A stretch of DNA of 64,000 nt from Bacillota bacterium (lineage in GTDB: Bacteria > Bacillota > Sulfobacillia > RBS10-35 > JAJYVN01): assembly GCA_021806565.1 (NCBI GenBank), contig JAJZXK010000002.1:17575-81574 (forward strand), written 5' to 3'. Every line of letters begins with the position of its first letter. Within the stretch, counting starts at the first letter, position 1. Under the pieces are notes generated by a model. It was not told where the DNA came from. It searched no databases and saw only the letters and a program-made list of their open reading frames with translations. Made by a program: the position numbers and the translations under genes. This document shows positions 9,761 to 19,609 of the stretch, in pieces.

Positions 9761-11803
9761 TTACGACTGCTGGGCCACCGGTTCCTGTCCCGCCCCATAC
9801 AGGCGCGCGTAGGGCCCACCCACGGCGAGCAGTTCCTCGTGCCGGCCCTGCTGGACGATCGCCCCGTCTTCCATGACCAGGATGCGGTCGGCGTGCGTGA
9901 TCGTGGAGAGCCGGTGGGCGATGATCAAGATCGTCAGGTCCCCGGCCCGCTCCCGCAGCGAGTGCATGATCGACTCCTCGCTCAGCGGATCCTGTGCGGA
10001 CGTGGCCTCATCCAGCAGCAGGATGCGCGGCCGGCGCAACAACGCCCGCGCGATGGCCACCCGCTGCCGCTCCCCGCCGGACAGGGTCGCGCCGCCCTCG
10101 CCGACCACCGTGTCGGGACCGTACGGCAGGTCCCAGACGAAGGACGCGTTGGCCGCCCGTAGCGCCTCGTCGATCTCTCCGTCGGAGGCGCCCTCCATGC
10201 CGAAGGAGACGTTTTCGCGCACCGAGGCGGAAAACAGGAACACGTCCTGCAGCACGACCGCCATCTGGTCGCGCAAGGAGCTCAGCGTGAAGTCCCGCAC
10301 GTCCACGCCGTCGATGCGCACCGCGCCGGCCTCGACGTCATACAGCCGCATGACCAGCTTGGCGATGGTCGACTTGCCGCTGCCGCTCGGGCCGACGATG
10401 CCCACCGTCTCTCCGGGTTCGACGGTGAAGCTCACCCCGTTGAGGGCGGGCGGCGGCGGCGGCGGCGGTTCGACCGGCGTCTGCACGCTCGGGTCCGGCT
10501 GGGTGTCGCTGGTGTTGCTGGCGACGACCAACTCCGGCACGACCGGCGGCGGCGGCGAATCGCCCGGATCGTCGCTGTCGCGTAGCGCCTTACCGGACTT
10601 GAGCAGCCGGCGGGTGTTTTCCAGTGGATCGGGGGCGTGCAGCGCGGCCATGGCCTGCAGGTCCATGGCCGGATAGCGGAAGACGACATTGTCGAAGCCG
10701 ATGGCGCCGCGCACCCGCGGTTGCGGCCGCGCCTGCGGCGTGTCGTGCACCGAGGCCTCCGTGTCGAGGTATTCGAAGATCCGCTCGGCGCCGGCCGCCG
10801 CCTGCTGGTAGGCGGCGTTCAGGTTGGCGAACGAGGTGAAGGGGATGAAGATGCTGCCGCGCAGGCCGTTGATCAGGAAGTAGGTGCCCAGGGAGATCTG
10901 GTGCTGCACGACCTGCATGCCGCCAAAGAGGATGAAAAAGGCCCAGGAGGAGCCGGTGACCAGCGCCACCGAGTTCGAATACAGCGCCTGGGTGCGCATG
11001 CGCCGCAGGCCGAGGGCGAACAGGCTGCGGTTCTCGGTTTCGAAGCGCGAGATGACGTGTTCCTCGACCCCGAAGGCCTTGATCGTCACAAACCCCGCCA
11101 GGGCGTCGTGCAGGGCCGCCGTCAACCGGGCCGTCTGTTTGCGCAGCGTGCGGTTCAACTCGCGCAGCATGCCGGAAAACAGCAGGATGGAGCCGGCGAT
11201 GGGGGGCCCGAACAGCAGCAGATAGATGGTCAGACGCATGTCATAGTGGGACATGATCGCGAAGCTGATGAAGAAGGTCATGATCTGGCTGGCCAGCGTG
11301 GTGATGTTGCCGGCGATGAAGTTCTGCACCGTGTTCGTGTCGTTCATCACGCGCGACATGATCTGCCCGACGCCGTTGCGCAGGTAGAAGTCGGCGGACA
11401 GGTAGTGGACCTTACGGTAGACATCCCGCCGCAGCGAATAGATCAGCCGCTGGCCGACGATGCGCATCGTGTAGCTGCGCAGAAAGCCGATGCCCGAGTT
11501 GAGGATGCGCATGGCCATGATGATGCCGGCGACCACCAGCAACAGATGGGAGGCGTGCTGCAGGGTCAGCCGCGGCAAGTTCGCGCCCGGCGAGAGGACG
11601 TGGTTGATCAGGTAGCGATTGGCGAGTTGCGGCACCTGGTTCAGGCCGGACGTGATCACCGTGAGCGAGAGCGCAATCGTGATCAAAAACCAGGAGGGGG
11701 CCACGTACGCCAGGATGCGGCGCAACACACCCTCTTGCCGTGGACCGCCCGCGCCCAGTGGAGCCGCCGTGCCATCCGCCACCAGGGCGGTGGACCTCCT
11801 CAA
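9761..11803 (-). CDS. ABC exporter, fused permease plus ATPase, with a proline-rich insert before the NBD
   Basis: There are six predicted TM helices followed by GPSGSGKST, LSGGERQRVAIARAL and ILLLDEATSAQD. An insert DSDDPGDSPPPPVV...PPPPPPPALNG precedes the Walker A. Confidence 0.85.
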   Translation of the reverse strand: MRRSTALVADGTAAPLGAGGPRQEGVLRRILAYVAPSWFLITIALSLTVITSGLNQVPQLANRYLINHVLSPGANLPRLTLQHASHLLLVVAGIIMAMRILNSGIGFLRSYTMRIVGQRLIYSLRRDVYRKVHYLSADFYLRNGVGQIMSRVMNDTNTVQNFIAGNITTLASQIMTFFISFAIMSHYDMRLTIYLLLFGPPIAGSILLFSGMLRELNRTLRKQTARLTAALHDALAGFVTIKAFGVEEHVISRFETENRSLFALGLRRMRTQALYSNSVALVTGSSWAFFILFGGMQVVQHQISLGTYFLINGLRGSIFIPFTSFANLNAAYQQAAAGAERIFEYLDTEASVHDTPQARPQPRVRGAIGFDNVVFRYPAMDLQAMAALHAPDPLENTRRLLKSGKALRDSDDPGDSPPPPVVPELVVASNTSDTQPDPSVQTPVEPPPPPPPALNGVSFTVEPGETVGIVGPSGSGKSTIAKLVMRLYDVEAGAVRIDGVDVRDFTLSSLRDQMAVVLQDVFLFSASVRENVSFGMEGASDGEIDEALRAANASFVWDLPYGPDTVVGEGGATLSGGERQRVAIARALLRRPRILLLDEATSAQDPLSEESIMHSLRERAGDLTILIIAHRLSTITHADRILVMEDGAIVQQGRHEELLAVGGPYARLYGAGQEPVAQQS

Positions 11804-12107
11804 CGTGCGCCTCGCTGGGCGCCCGCCGTCCGTCGCCGCGGCCGCCTCCCCTCACGGCCTTCCCGATCCCTGGTGGCGCCGGCTGCGCCTGCGCCCATGA
11901 ACACAACGACCACCCCGATTCCCGCTGGCGGGCAGAGGGCCCGCTTGTGTTGTAAGCGATGTATGCGCGGTTAACACTCGCATTGTAGCGTATTTCCCTC
12001 GTTTCGGCCATGCGGGACTGGGCGGGAAATGCGGAGCTTCCCCCCAGGCCGCGGCAGGAGCGCGCGGTCTGGGGCGGAAGGCGGGCTGTGGGGAGGAGGG
12101 ATCCTGA

Positions 12108-12770
12108 GTGCACGGCTGGGTCGAGCTCTTCAACGGACGCGACCTCGCGGGCTGGCAGGCGCGCCGGGACCCGCACACCTGGCGGGTGGTCGGCGGCGTG
12201 CGCGTCGACGCGGAGGATCCGGCGCGGTTCGTGGCGGACCCCGGGACCGGTCTCCTGCTGAACCATGAGGACGGCCGCACCTCGGATCTCTTTACCGAGT
12301 TCGAGCATGGCAGTTGCGCGCTGCACCTTGAGTATTGCGTACCCGTCCGCTCCAACTCCGGCGTCTACCTCCAGGGCCGCTACGAGATCCAGATTCTCGA
12401 CAGTTTTGGTGAGGAAGGGCCGTTGCGTTACGGCACCAACGGCGGCATCTACGCGCGCCGCGACCGGGAGACCAAGACCACCTATGACGGGCACCCGCCG
12501 CGCAGCAACGCCTCGCGCGCACCGGGGCAGTGGCAGGAACTCGACGTCGTCTTCCGGGCGCCCGCCTTCGACGCTGAAGGCCGCAAGCTGCGGGACGCCG
12601 TCTGCGAACGGGTCGTCCTCAACGGCGAAGTGATCCATGAGGGCGTCCACCTCAGCGGCCCGACCGGCGGGGCGTGGGGGGCGGGCGAGGCGGCGCGCGG
12701 GCCGCTGCGCCTGCAGGGGGACCACGGGCCGGTGGCGTTTCGCAACATCCGTCTGCAGCCGCTCGACTGA
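12108..12770 (+). CDS. DUF1080 / 3-keto-disaccharide hydrolase-like beta-sandwich protein
   Basis: WVELFNGRDLAGWQ...GLLLNHEDG...SNSGVYLQGRYEIQILDSFG...LRLQGDHGPVAFRNIRLQPL are typical DUF1080 motifs. A GTG start follows GGAGGAGGG. Confidence 0.75.
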   Translation: MHGWVELFNGRDLAGWQARRDPHTWRVVGGVRVDAEDPARFVADPGTGLLLNHEDGRTSDLFTEFEHGSCALHLEYCVPVRSNSGVYLQGRYEIQILDSFGEEGPLRYGTNGGIYARRDRETKTTYDGHPPRSNASRAPGQWQELDVVFRAPAFDAEGRKLRDAVCERVVLNGEVIHEGVHLSGPTGGAWGAGEAARGPLRLQGDHGPVAFRNIRLQPLD

Positions 12771-12807
12771 GCGCTGCGGACCGCGGCGGGGCAGGAGGGG
12801 ATGCGCC

Positions 12808-14313
12808 ATGTCGGCGGCAGGCGACAGTGTGCTCTTCATTTTTACCGACCAGCATCGGGCCGATGCGATCGGGGCGGCCGGGGATCCGGTCATCCGAACG
12901 CCGCACCTGGACCGGCTCGCCGCCGAAGGGGTGCTCTTTCGCCAGACGTACTGCCAGAGCCCGGTGTGCATGCCGTCGCGCAGTTCCCTGTTCACGGGGC
13001 GCTATCCGCACCAGCACGGCATCCTGAGCAACGGCGCCACCATCTGGCCGGACAGCCCCTGCTTCGTGCGCGAGTTGCGCGACTGCGGACTGCACACCGC
13101 CGTGATCGGCAAGCTGCATTTCACCTGGCGGCACGACGTGGAGATGCTCTGCGCCCAGCCGCTCCTGTGGCGGCTCGGCTTTCTGGACCCGCACGAGACG
13201 ACGGGGAAGATGAGCGCCGGCAACCTGCGGGTCAGCGAGTACAGCGAGCACCTGCGCGCCCGTGGCCTGCTCGACGGCTTCTACCGCGACCTGCTGCGGC
13301 GCGTCCAGGCCGGACCGGCCCGGGGTGAGCACGGGCCGTCGCTTCTGAGCGCCGACGACCACCTGGACGGCTGGATCGGCAACCGCGCGGCCCAGTGGCT
13401 GCGCGACCACGACGGGCGGCCCTTCTTCCTGTGGGTGGGTCCGCCGGGGCCGCACAACCCCTTTGACCCGCCGGAACCGTACGCATCGCTCTACCGCGAG
13501 CGGGACATGCCCGACGGCATGCGCACGCTCGCCGACGATCCGCACGCGGCCGGCCGGGCGCGCCACCTCGACGGCGGCAGCGGTGAGGACCGCGCCGGCG
13601 TCCGCGCCATCCGCACCCAGTATTACGGCAACATCAGCCTGATCGACGCCCGCGTCGGCGCCATGCTCGGGGCGCTTGAGGCCCGCGGCGCCCTGGAGCA
13701 CACCTGGGTCGTCTACGCGTCGGACCACGGGGAGTTTCTCGGCGACCGCGGGCTCTGGGGCAAGTCCGAGTTCTACGCCGAATCGGTGCGCGTGCCCCTG
13801 ATCGTCCGCCCGCCCGACCGACTGCGCGCGGCGCGCCGCGGCCAGACCTCCGACGCGCTCGTCGAGTTGATCGACGTGTCCAAGACCATGCTCGAGATCG
13901 CCGGCGCCGACCTGGAGGGACATCAGGGGCGGTCGCTTTTGCCGCTGCTTTCCGGGGACGCGCCGCTGGACCGGCACCGGGACGCCGTCTTCAGCGAGAT
14001 CGACCGCCGGCTGATGGTCTGCGACGGGCGGGAGAAGCTGGTCGTGGAGCGGGAGACGCTTTCCCCGCTTTCGTACTGGGACCTCGGCGCCGATCCCGGG
14101 GAGTCGGCCAACCGCGCCCAGGATCCGGCCTGCCGCGCAGCCGTCGACCGCCTGATCGACGAGCGGATCCGGCCCTTCCTGCAGCGGACCCCGGCAGACA
14201 TGGGCGAGCCTTGGGGCATCGTCGCCCCCTACGGCCGCTGGGGGCGCAACCCGCTACGCGAGCGCTGGTGGCAGGCGCCGCCGCCGGCCGGGCGGCGGTC
14301 CGCCGGCGCCTGA
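12808..14313 (+). CDS. Cys-type sulfatase
   Basis: VLFIFTDQHRADAIGAAG...YCQSPVCMPSRSSLFTGRYPHQHG contains CXPXR. The ATG at 12808 follows AGGAGGGG. Confidence 0.85.
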   Translation: MSAAGDSVLFIFTDQHRADAIGAAGDPVIRTPHLDRLAAEGVLFRQTYCQSPVCMPSRSSLFTGRYPHQHGILSNGATIWPDSPCFVRELRDCGLHTAVIGKLHFTWRHDVEMLCAQPLLWRLGFLDPHETTGKMSAGNLRVSEYSEHLRARGLLDGFYRDLLRRVQAGPARGEHGPSLLSADDHLDGWIGNRAAQWLRDHDGRPFFLWVGPPGPHNPFDPPEPYASLYRERDMPDGMRTLADDPHAAGRARHLDGGSGEDRAGVRAIRTQYYGNISLIDARVGAMLGALEARGALEHTWVVYASDHGEFLGDRGLWGKSEFYAESVRVPLIVRPPDRLRAARRGQTSDALVELIDVSKTMLEIAGADLEGHQGRSLLPLLSGDAPLDRHRDAVFSEIDRRLMVCDGREKLVVERETLSPLSYWDLGADPGESANRAQDPACRAAVDRLIDERIRPFLQRTPADMGEPWGIVAPYGRWGRNPLRERWWQAPPPAGRRSAGA

Positions 14314-14379
14314 CCAAGGGCCCGCGCGTCCGGGCCGCTCCGGCCGCGGGCCAGGCCGCGGCGGGGGGATGTGCCCCCC

Positions 14380-15734
14380 ATAGGCTGTAACTTAGTGGCG
14401 GACCAGGGCGAGGGCCTGTAGACGGGCCTGGCCACCTTGGTGCAGCCGCTTGCGGGCGGGGACGTGCAGGTGACGCCCCAGGCCGGGAATGCTGTTCTGG
14501 ATCGTCTCGATCGTCAATGGCCCGCGAATCGCAGCGCACAGGGCATCGCGCCAGAGCGTGTGCATTCGCCAGAGGCTGACCGGCCGATCAGCGCAGGGTG
14601 AATCCCCAGGGGGAAAAAAGCTGGGCCCGCACCGTCAGCTCATCCACAATGAGCGCACCGAGCAGCTTTCCTAAGAGGTATGTTCGAGCCAGTTCCGGGT
14701 CTTTCGCTCGAAGAGCGTCGAACTGCAGGATGCCCTTGAGCCGCTTGAATGCCAGCTCGATCTGCCAACGTAGTCTGTATATCTCCAGGACCTGGACGTC
14801 TGAGGCGATGGTCTCAGGTACATTCGTGGCGACGAAGATGTACGCCGCGTATTCCAGGGTCAGTGGGTTGACCGTCTTGCCCTTGCGTCGCGCCGCCTCC
14901 TTCGCCTTTCGCTGGGCGGCTGCAGTGGCCTCAGGTGATTTGCGCACTCCGACGACGCGCAACACCGGCGCCTCCCGCGCGGTCAACCGCACTTCGTGCC
15001 CAGCGGCTGCCGCATCCGGGATCTGCTTGAGAAAGGCCAGGAGGTCCCACACGTCGCCGTTCACGTCCCGCAACGGCAGCGTCGACCAAGGGAACCTCAC
15101 CACAAACATTCCACCCGCCGCCATCACTTTGACAAGGGATGCGGCATGCGCATAGCCGCGATCGGCCAAGAGAACGTCCCCTGGACGAGCGGCGAACCGA
15201 TCCAACGACTCGCCGCCCTTGGCGTCGGTCAACTCCAGGTGGTCAAAGCACCCCGTGCCAGCGTCGTAGCTCGCATGCAGGCGCCAGTCTGTACCCTTGC
15301 TGCCCGGGGCGCTCACCGTACTGGCGTCGACCAGCCGGAGGGGTGTGCTCGGGAGATCGCGTGCGAGCCCGCGCTCCTGCAGCCATTGCCCTGTCAGGCG
15401 ACCCAGCCAAGGCCCGCAGCCGCGCAGACGCTTCAGCACCGCGACATGAGACAGCTTGCCCAGCCCCAGCATTTCCGCTGAAGCGGCCGCGATCGGCAGG
15501 GACCAGTCGCACATGGCGTACCCCAGTGCGAGACGGAGCAGCCCCGCGGCCGACGTGATGTGTCTCCGGCGACGCAATGCCCCATAGGCACGCGCGCTCT
15601 CCTCCAGGTCTGCAGGTAGCAGTCCTGTGACGTAGGCCCACTCGGCTTGCACCACGGCGTGGCCCTCGGTCGCATCCACGCCGCTAGCGTACCACCGCGG
15701 CGTCGGCGAGGTCAACACTAAAGTTACAGCCTAT
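14380..15734 (-). mobile_element. IS4-superfamily insertion sequence, about 1.35 kb, with imperfect terminal inverted repeats and a flanking direct repeat
   Basis: The left end ATAGGCTGTAACTTAGTG (14380-14397) matches the reverse complement of the right end CACTAAAGTTACAGCCTAT (15716-15734). The flanking sequence GGATGTGCCCCCC is present at 14367-14379 and again at 15736-15748 as a target-site duplication. Confidence 0.75.
14588..15718 (-). CDS. IS4-family DDE transposase
   Basis: The C-terminal ...YRLRWQIELAFKRLKG... is the Y-x2-R-x3-E-x6-K signature of IS4-type transposases. The ORF fills the IS. Confidence 0.8.
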   Translation of the reverse strand: MLTSPTPRWYASGVDATEGHAVVQAEWAYVTGLLPADLEESARAYGALRRRRHITSAAGLLRLALGYAMCDWSLPIAAASAEMLGLGKLSHVAVLKRLRGCGPWLGRLTGQWLQERGLARDLPSTPLRLVDASTVSAPGSKGTDWRLHASYDAGTGCFDHLELTDAKGGESLDRFAARPGDVLLADRGYAHAASLVKVMAAGGMFVVRFPWSTLPLRDVNGDVWDLLAFLKQIPDAAAAGHEVRLTAREAPVLRVVGVRKSPEATAAAQRKAKEAARRKGKTVNPLTLEYAAYIFVATNVPETIASDVQVLEIYRLRWQIELAFKRLKGILQFDALRAKDPELARTYLLGKLLGALIVDELTVRAQLFSPWGFTLR

Positions 15735-15795
15735 GGGATGTGCCCCCCGCCCCTTGGCCGTTGCGGCTGATGTGCTGATGGAGGACGACTGGCTG

Positions 15796-16746
15796 TCAGG
15801 CCGTCAGCGCGGCGTCGATCGCCAGCCGCTCGTCGGCCGAGAGGTTCCAGTCGGCCGCCGGGAGCGCGTCCCGCACGTGTCCGGGGTGGCGCACGCCGAC
15901 GATGGCCGCCGTCATGGCCGGATGGGCAAGGACCCATGCGATGGCCAGTTGTGCCACGCTGCGCCCGGCCGCCTGCGCGATCGGCCGCAGCCGCTCTACC
16001 AGGGCCAGATTGCGCCGCAGTCCCTCGCCGGTATGGGCGGCGGAGCGGCTGCGCCAGTCGCCCGGCTCAAAGCGCGTGTCCGGCCCGTAGCGGCCGGAGA
16101 GCAGCCCGGAGGCCAGTGGGCTGTAGGCGACGACGCCGATGCCGTTGGCCTGGCAGAACGGCAGCACCGCCTCTTCCACCTGGCGTGCCAAAAGCGAGTA
16201 CGGGGGCTGGAGGGAGTCGACGTGGCGGACCCCCAGGGCGCGGCGCAGGCCGGCGACATCGAAGTTGCTCAGCCCGACCCAACGGACCTTGCCGCTACGC
16301 ACCAGTTCGTCCATGGCGCGCATGGTCTCTTCGACCTCGGAGCCGCTTTCCGTGTCCGGCCAGTGCAACTGATACAGGTCGATCCAGTCCGTCCCCAGCC
16401 GGCGCAGCGACTGCTCGACCTCCTGGAGCACCGAGGCATAGTTGCCGTTGCGGCGGATGCGCTTGTTCTCGTCCCAGACCAGACCGCACTTGGTGGCCAG
16501 CACCACGTCCTTGCGCCGCGGGCCCAGGGCGCGGCCGAGTACCTCCTCGGAGTGCCCGAGGCCGTAGACGGCGGCGGTGTCGAAGAAGGTGACGCCGGCG
16601 TCCAGCGCGGCGTGGACCGCGCGGGTCGACTCCTCGTCGTCCTGGGATCCCCAACTGTACGACCAGCCGGACCCGCCCATGGCCCAGGCGCCGAAACCGA
16701 TGGTGGAGATGCGCGGGCCGTCCTTGCCCAGAGTCCGGTACTGCAT
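15796..16746 (-). CDS. Aldo/keto reductase
   Basis: MQYRTLGKDGPRISTIGFGAWAMGG...GVTFFDTAAVYGLGHSEEVLGRAL...LYQLHWPD...VGLSNF are AKR motifs. The ATG at 16746 follows AGGGGGGA. Confidence 0.85.
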   Translation of the reverse strand: MQYRTLGKDGPRISTIGFGAWAMGGSGWSYSWGSQDDEESTRAVHAALDAGVTFFDTAAVYGLGHSEEVLGRALGPRRKDVVLATKCGLVWDENKRIRRNGNYASVLQEVEQSLRRLGTDWIDLYQLHWPDTESGSEVEETMRAMDELVRSGKVRWVGLSNFDVAGLRRALGVRHVDSLQPPYSLLARQVEEAVLPFCQANGIGVVAYSPLASGLLSGRYGPDTRFEPGDWRSRSAAHTGEGLRRNLALVERLRPIAQAAGRSVAQLAIAWVLAHPAMTAAIVGVRHPGHVRDALPAADWNLSADERLAIDAALTA

Positions 16747-16943
16747 GCCGTTTCCCCCCTGTCCGCGTGTCGCGCACGCGGCTGCGCCGTCACCCGCAAG
16801 CCATTCGCGCAGGACCGGGGCGTTCCTCCGCCTGTGGCCTTTCATCCCCGGCGGCGGGGCGGACGGCGTGCCGCCGCTACACAGTGCGCCGGGGGTTTGG
16901 TATGGTGGAGTAGGGGATCTGGTGTTCCCTGCCAGGTCCGCGC

Positions 16944-17276
16944 GTGAAGGTGGGAGGGCTGCTCGTGGATGGTACCCAGGCGCAACGCTTGTGGCTGGGG
17001 ACGTTGGCTCTGACCGATCTGCCGCGCCTGACCGGGGCCCGGCCGCCCCACGAGTTGCTGGGGTTATGGGAGGCGGCCGGCCTGGATGGCGAGGCCCGCG
17101 AGCGGCTTGCCGCCGCGCTGGCCGCGGACGAATCGCTGACCCGCCGCCAGCGGCTGGTGCGGGAGACACGGCGGCTGCTGCGCCTGGCCGGATACGACCC
17201 CGACCTGGTGACCACGCCTGCGGCGGAGGGCATGCGCCTGCAGAGCGACCCCAGCCGGCGTGTGGTGCCGCGATGA
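16944..17276 (+). CDS. Hypothetical small protein, first gene of a two-gene operon with the JAB/MPN gene
   Basis: The ORF has no recognisable domain. A likely alternative GTG start at 16965 follows GGTGGGAGGG. Its stop overlaps the next start, giving an ATGA junction at 17273-17276. Confidence 0.4.
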   Translation: MKVGGLLVDGTQAQRLWLGTLALTDLPRLTGARPPHELLGLWEAAGLDGEARERLAAALAADESLTRRQRLVRETRRLLRLAGYDPDLVTTPAAEGMRLQSDPSRRVVPR

Positions 17277-17695
17277 GCGGGGCGGCGGCGGTGCGGCTGC
17301 CGGCGGCGCTGCGCGACGCCATGGTCGCGCAGGCCCGGGCCGAGGCGCCCTTTGAGGCCTGCGGCGTCGTGGCGGGCGATGCGCGGCATGAGGCCGTGGC
17401 CTACCGCCCACTGCCCAACGTCGCCGGCCGGCTGGACTGGTTTCAGCCGGACCCCCGCGCCCTGCTTCAGGCCACGATCGAGATCGAGGACGGGGGCGGC
17501 GTGCTCTGGGGCATCTACCACTCGCACCCGCGCTCGCCGGCGCGCCCGTCGGAAAGCGACATCGTGCTGGCCGCCTACCCAGACAGCCTCTATCTGATCT
17601 GCTCCCTGGAGCGCCCGGACCAACCGGAACTCCGGGCCTGGCGCATCCAGGACGCAGTGGCGCGCGAGGTGCCGTTGACGATCACCCCCGCGTGA
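17273..17695 (+). CDS. JAB/MPN (JAMM) metalloprotease domain protein
   Basis: EACGVV...GIYHSHPRSPARPSESD is the JAMM motif E-x(n)-HxH-x7-S-x2-D. The protein is about 140 aa and translationally coupled to the upstream ORF. Confidence 0.75.
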   Translation: MSGAAAVRLPAALRDAMVAQARAEAPFEACGVVAGDARHEAVAYRPLPNVAGRLDWFQPDPRALLQATIEIEDGGGVLWGIYHSHPRSPARPSESDIVLAAYPDSLYLICSLERPDQPELRAWRIQDAVAREVPLTITPA

Positions 17696-17783
17696 GGGGC
17701 GGCACCGCGCCACGCGGTCCACGGCTCCACGACGGGCGAGGCGCCCCGGGCCGCGCCCGCCGCGTCCTTTGGGGGTGTGACGG

Positions 17784-18794
17784 TTGGGTTTGTCTTCCCG
17801 GCTGCGCGGCCTGTTCACCTGGCAGGCCGTCCTGGGCATCCTGTTGGTGGTCATCGGCTTCGTGCTGCCGCCGAGTTGGCTGCCTGTGCCCGTCGCCGGC
17901 TGGCGGGCGGTCCGCGCGCTCACCGTGCTCCTGGCCGGCTACCTCATCGTCAACGCCGTGGAGCGGAGGTTCGAACAGATCCAGTCCGGCCGCGACCGGC
18001 GGCGTTCCGGCCTGCTGCGCCTCCTTTTGCGCCTCGTGCTCTACGTCGTGGTGGGCTTGGCGGTGGTGGCCCAACTCGGCCCCGGCATCGCCAAGCAGTT
18101 CACCTTCGGCGGGGCTCTGCTGACGGTGGTCATCGGCCTCGCCGGCCAGACCCTGCTGGGTAACCTGCTTTCGGGCATGGTCCTGGTGGTCTGGCGCCCA
18201 TTCGAGATCGGCGACCAGATCAGCGTGATGAGCTGGCAGATGCCGGCCCTGCCCGCGACGTTCCCGCACGAGACCCTGCCGCTGGCGCACCGCTTCGCCG
18301 TGCAGGACATCAACCTCATGCACACGATCTGCCGGGCGGACGACGGCCAGATCACCTTGATCCCCAACGGCATCGTCCTGCAGGGTGTGGTGCGAAACCA
18401 CTCCCGTTCCGGCCTGCTGCGCGTGCGGGTGCGCGGCGAGGCCGAGGTGGCGATCCCCCCGCCGGTGCTGTGGGAGCGCCTGCAGCAGTTGGCGGCCGAA
18501 CTCTCCGAGGGGCGGGACGGCAACTCCGGCACGGTGCGCGCGCTCTTGGCCGACCTTTCGGCGACCAGCACCGCGTTCGTGCTGGAGGCCTGGGTGCGCG
18601 GGGATGCCGACCAGCACCGTTCGCGCCTGGTGCTGGCGGCCGCCCAGGCGGTGGACGAGCTGCGGGCCCAGGCGCGCCAAAAGGCGGATGCTCCCGCGGA
18701 GGCGTCCAGGGACGCGGACACGAAGGCCCGGGCCGCAGGCGGCGGCGCGGACGAGGCGGCGGAAGCGGATCGCAGGGGGGGCACGGCGGAGTGA
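17784..18794 (+). CDS. MscS-family mechanosensitive channel
   Basis: There are N-terminal TM helices. The core ...LLTVVIGLAGQTLLGNLLSGMVLVVWRPFEIGDQISV... is the MscS pore helix and beta-domain signature. Confidence 0.75.
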   Translation: MGLSSRLRGLFTWQAVLGILLVVIGFVLPPSWLPVPVAGWRAVRALTVLLAGYLIVNAVERRFEQIQSGRDRRRSGLLRLLLRLVLYVVVGLAVVAQLGPGIAKQFTFGGALLTVVIGLAGQTLLGNLLSGMVLVVWRPFEIGDQISVMSWQMPALPATFPHETLPLAHRFAVQDINLMHTICRADDGQITLIPNGIVLQGVVRNHSRSGLLRVRVRGEAEVAIPPPVLWERLQQLAAELSEGRDGNSGTVRALLADLSATSTAFVLEAWVRGDADQHRSRLVLAAAQAVDELRAQARQKADAPAEASRDADTKARAAGGGADEAAEADRRGGTAE

Positions 18795-19552
18795 TCGGGA
18801 TCGACCTGGACGGGAAGGCCGCGTTGGTCACCGGTGGGTCGCGCGGGTTGGGTGCGGCGATTGGCACGCGGCTGGCCGAGGCGGGGGCCGCTGTGGTGGT
18901 CAACGGCTTTCGCTACCCGCAACGCGCGGAGGCCGTCGCCGAGGCCATCCGTGCCGCCGGCGGACGGGCGGTGGCCGTCGGGGGGGACATCCGCGACCCG
19001 GCGGCCGTGGACGCCATGGTGGCCCGTGGTCAGGAGGCCCTGGGGCTTCCCATCACCATCGTCGTCAACAACGCCGGCCGCGAGGAGCGGTTGGCGCCGC
19101 CGCTGGAGTTGGAGTGGGCGGACTACCAGCAGATGATCGACCTCAACTGCCGCGCGGTGTATGAGACGTGCCGCGCCACGCTGCCCGCCATGCGCCAGGC
19201 CCACTTCGGGCGGGTGGTCAACATCCTGACGATGGCGTTCCTGCAGGGGGGCCGGCACTTCGCCGCCTACAACGCCGGCAAGGGGGCGATGTACGGGCTG
19301 TCGCGCAACCTGGCGCAGGAACTCGGCGGCCACGGCGTTACGGTCAACATGGTCGCGCCGGGCTGGATCGCCACGGAGCGCTCGGCCGGCGCCAACCCCG
19401 AGGCGATCGCGGCGCTGGTGCGCGGCACTCCGCTCGGCCGCCAGGGCCAGCCGCGGGACATCGCCGACGCGGTGCTCTTTTTTGTGTCGCCCCTGGCGGA
19501 CTTCATCACGGGGGCCCTCCTGCCGGTGAGCGGCGGCAAGGGCATGCACTGA
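18791..19552 (+). CDS. SDR-family oxidoreductase (FabG-like)
   Basis: KAALVTGGSRGLGAAIG... is the TGxxxGxG motif. NNAG is present. Y-x3-K occurs in ...AAYNAGKGAMYGL... The GTG start overlaps the MscS stop, giving a GTGA junction. Confidence 0.8.
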   Translation: MIGIDLDGKAALVTGGSRGLGAAIGTRLAEAGAAVVVNGFRYPQRAEAVAEAIRAAGGRAVAVGGDIRDPAAVDAMVARGQEALGLPITIVVNNAGREERLAPPLELEWADYQQMIDLNCRAVYETCRATLPAMRQAHFGRVVNILTMAFLQGGRHFAAYNAGKGAMYGLSRNLAQELGGHGVTVNMVAPGWIATERSAGANPEAIAALVRGTPLGRQGQPRDIADAVLFFVSPLADFITGALLPVSGGKGMH

Positions 19553-19609
19553 TCCGGCCCCGCCCGCGGGTGGGGGGAGTCGCCTCCGCCCCACCCGCCG
19601 GCACGCGGC

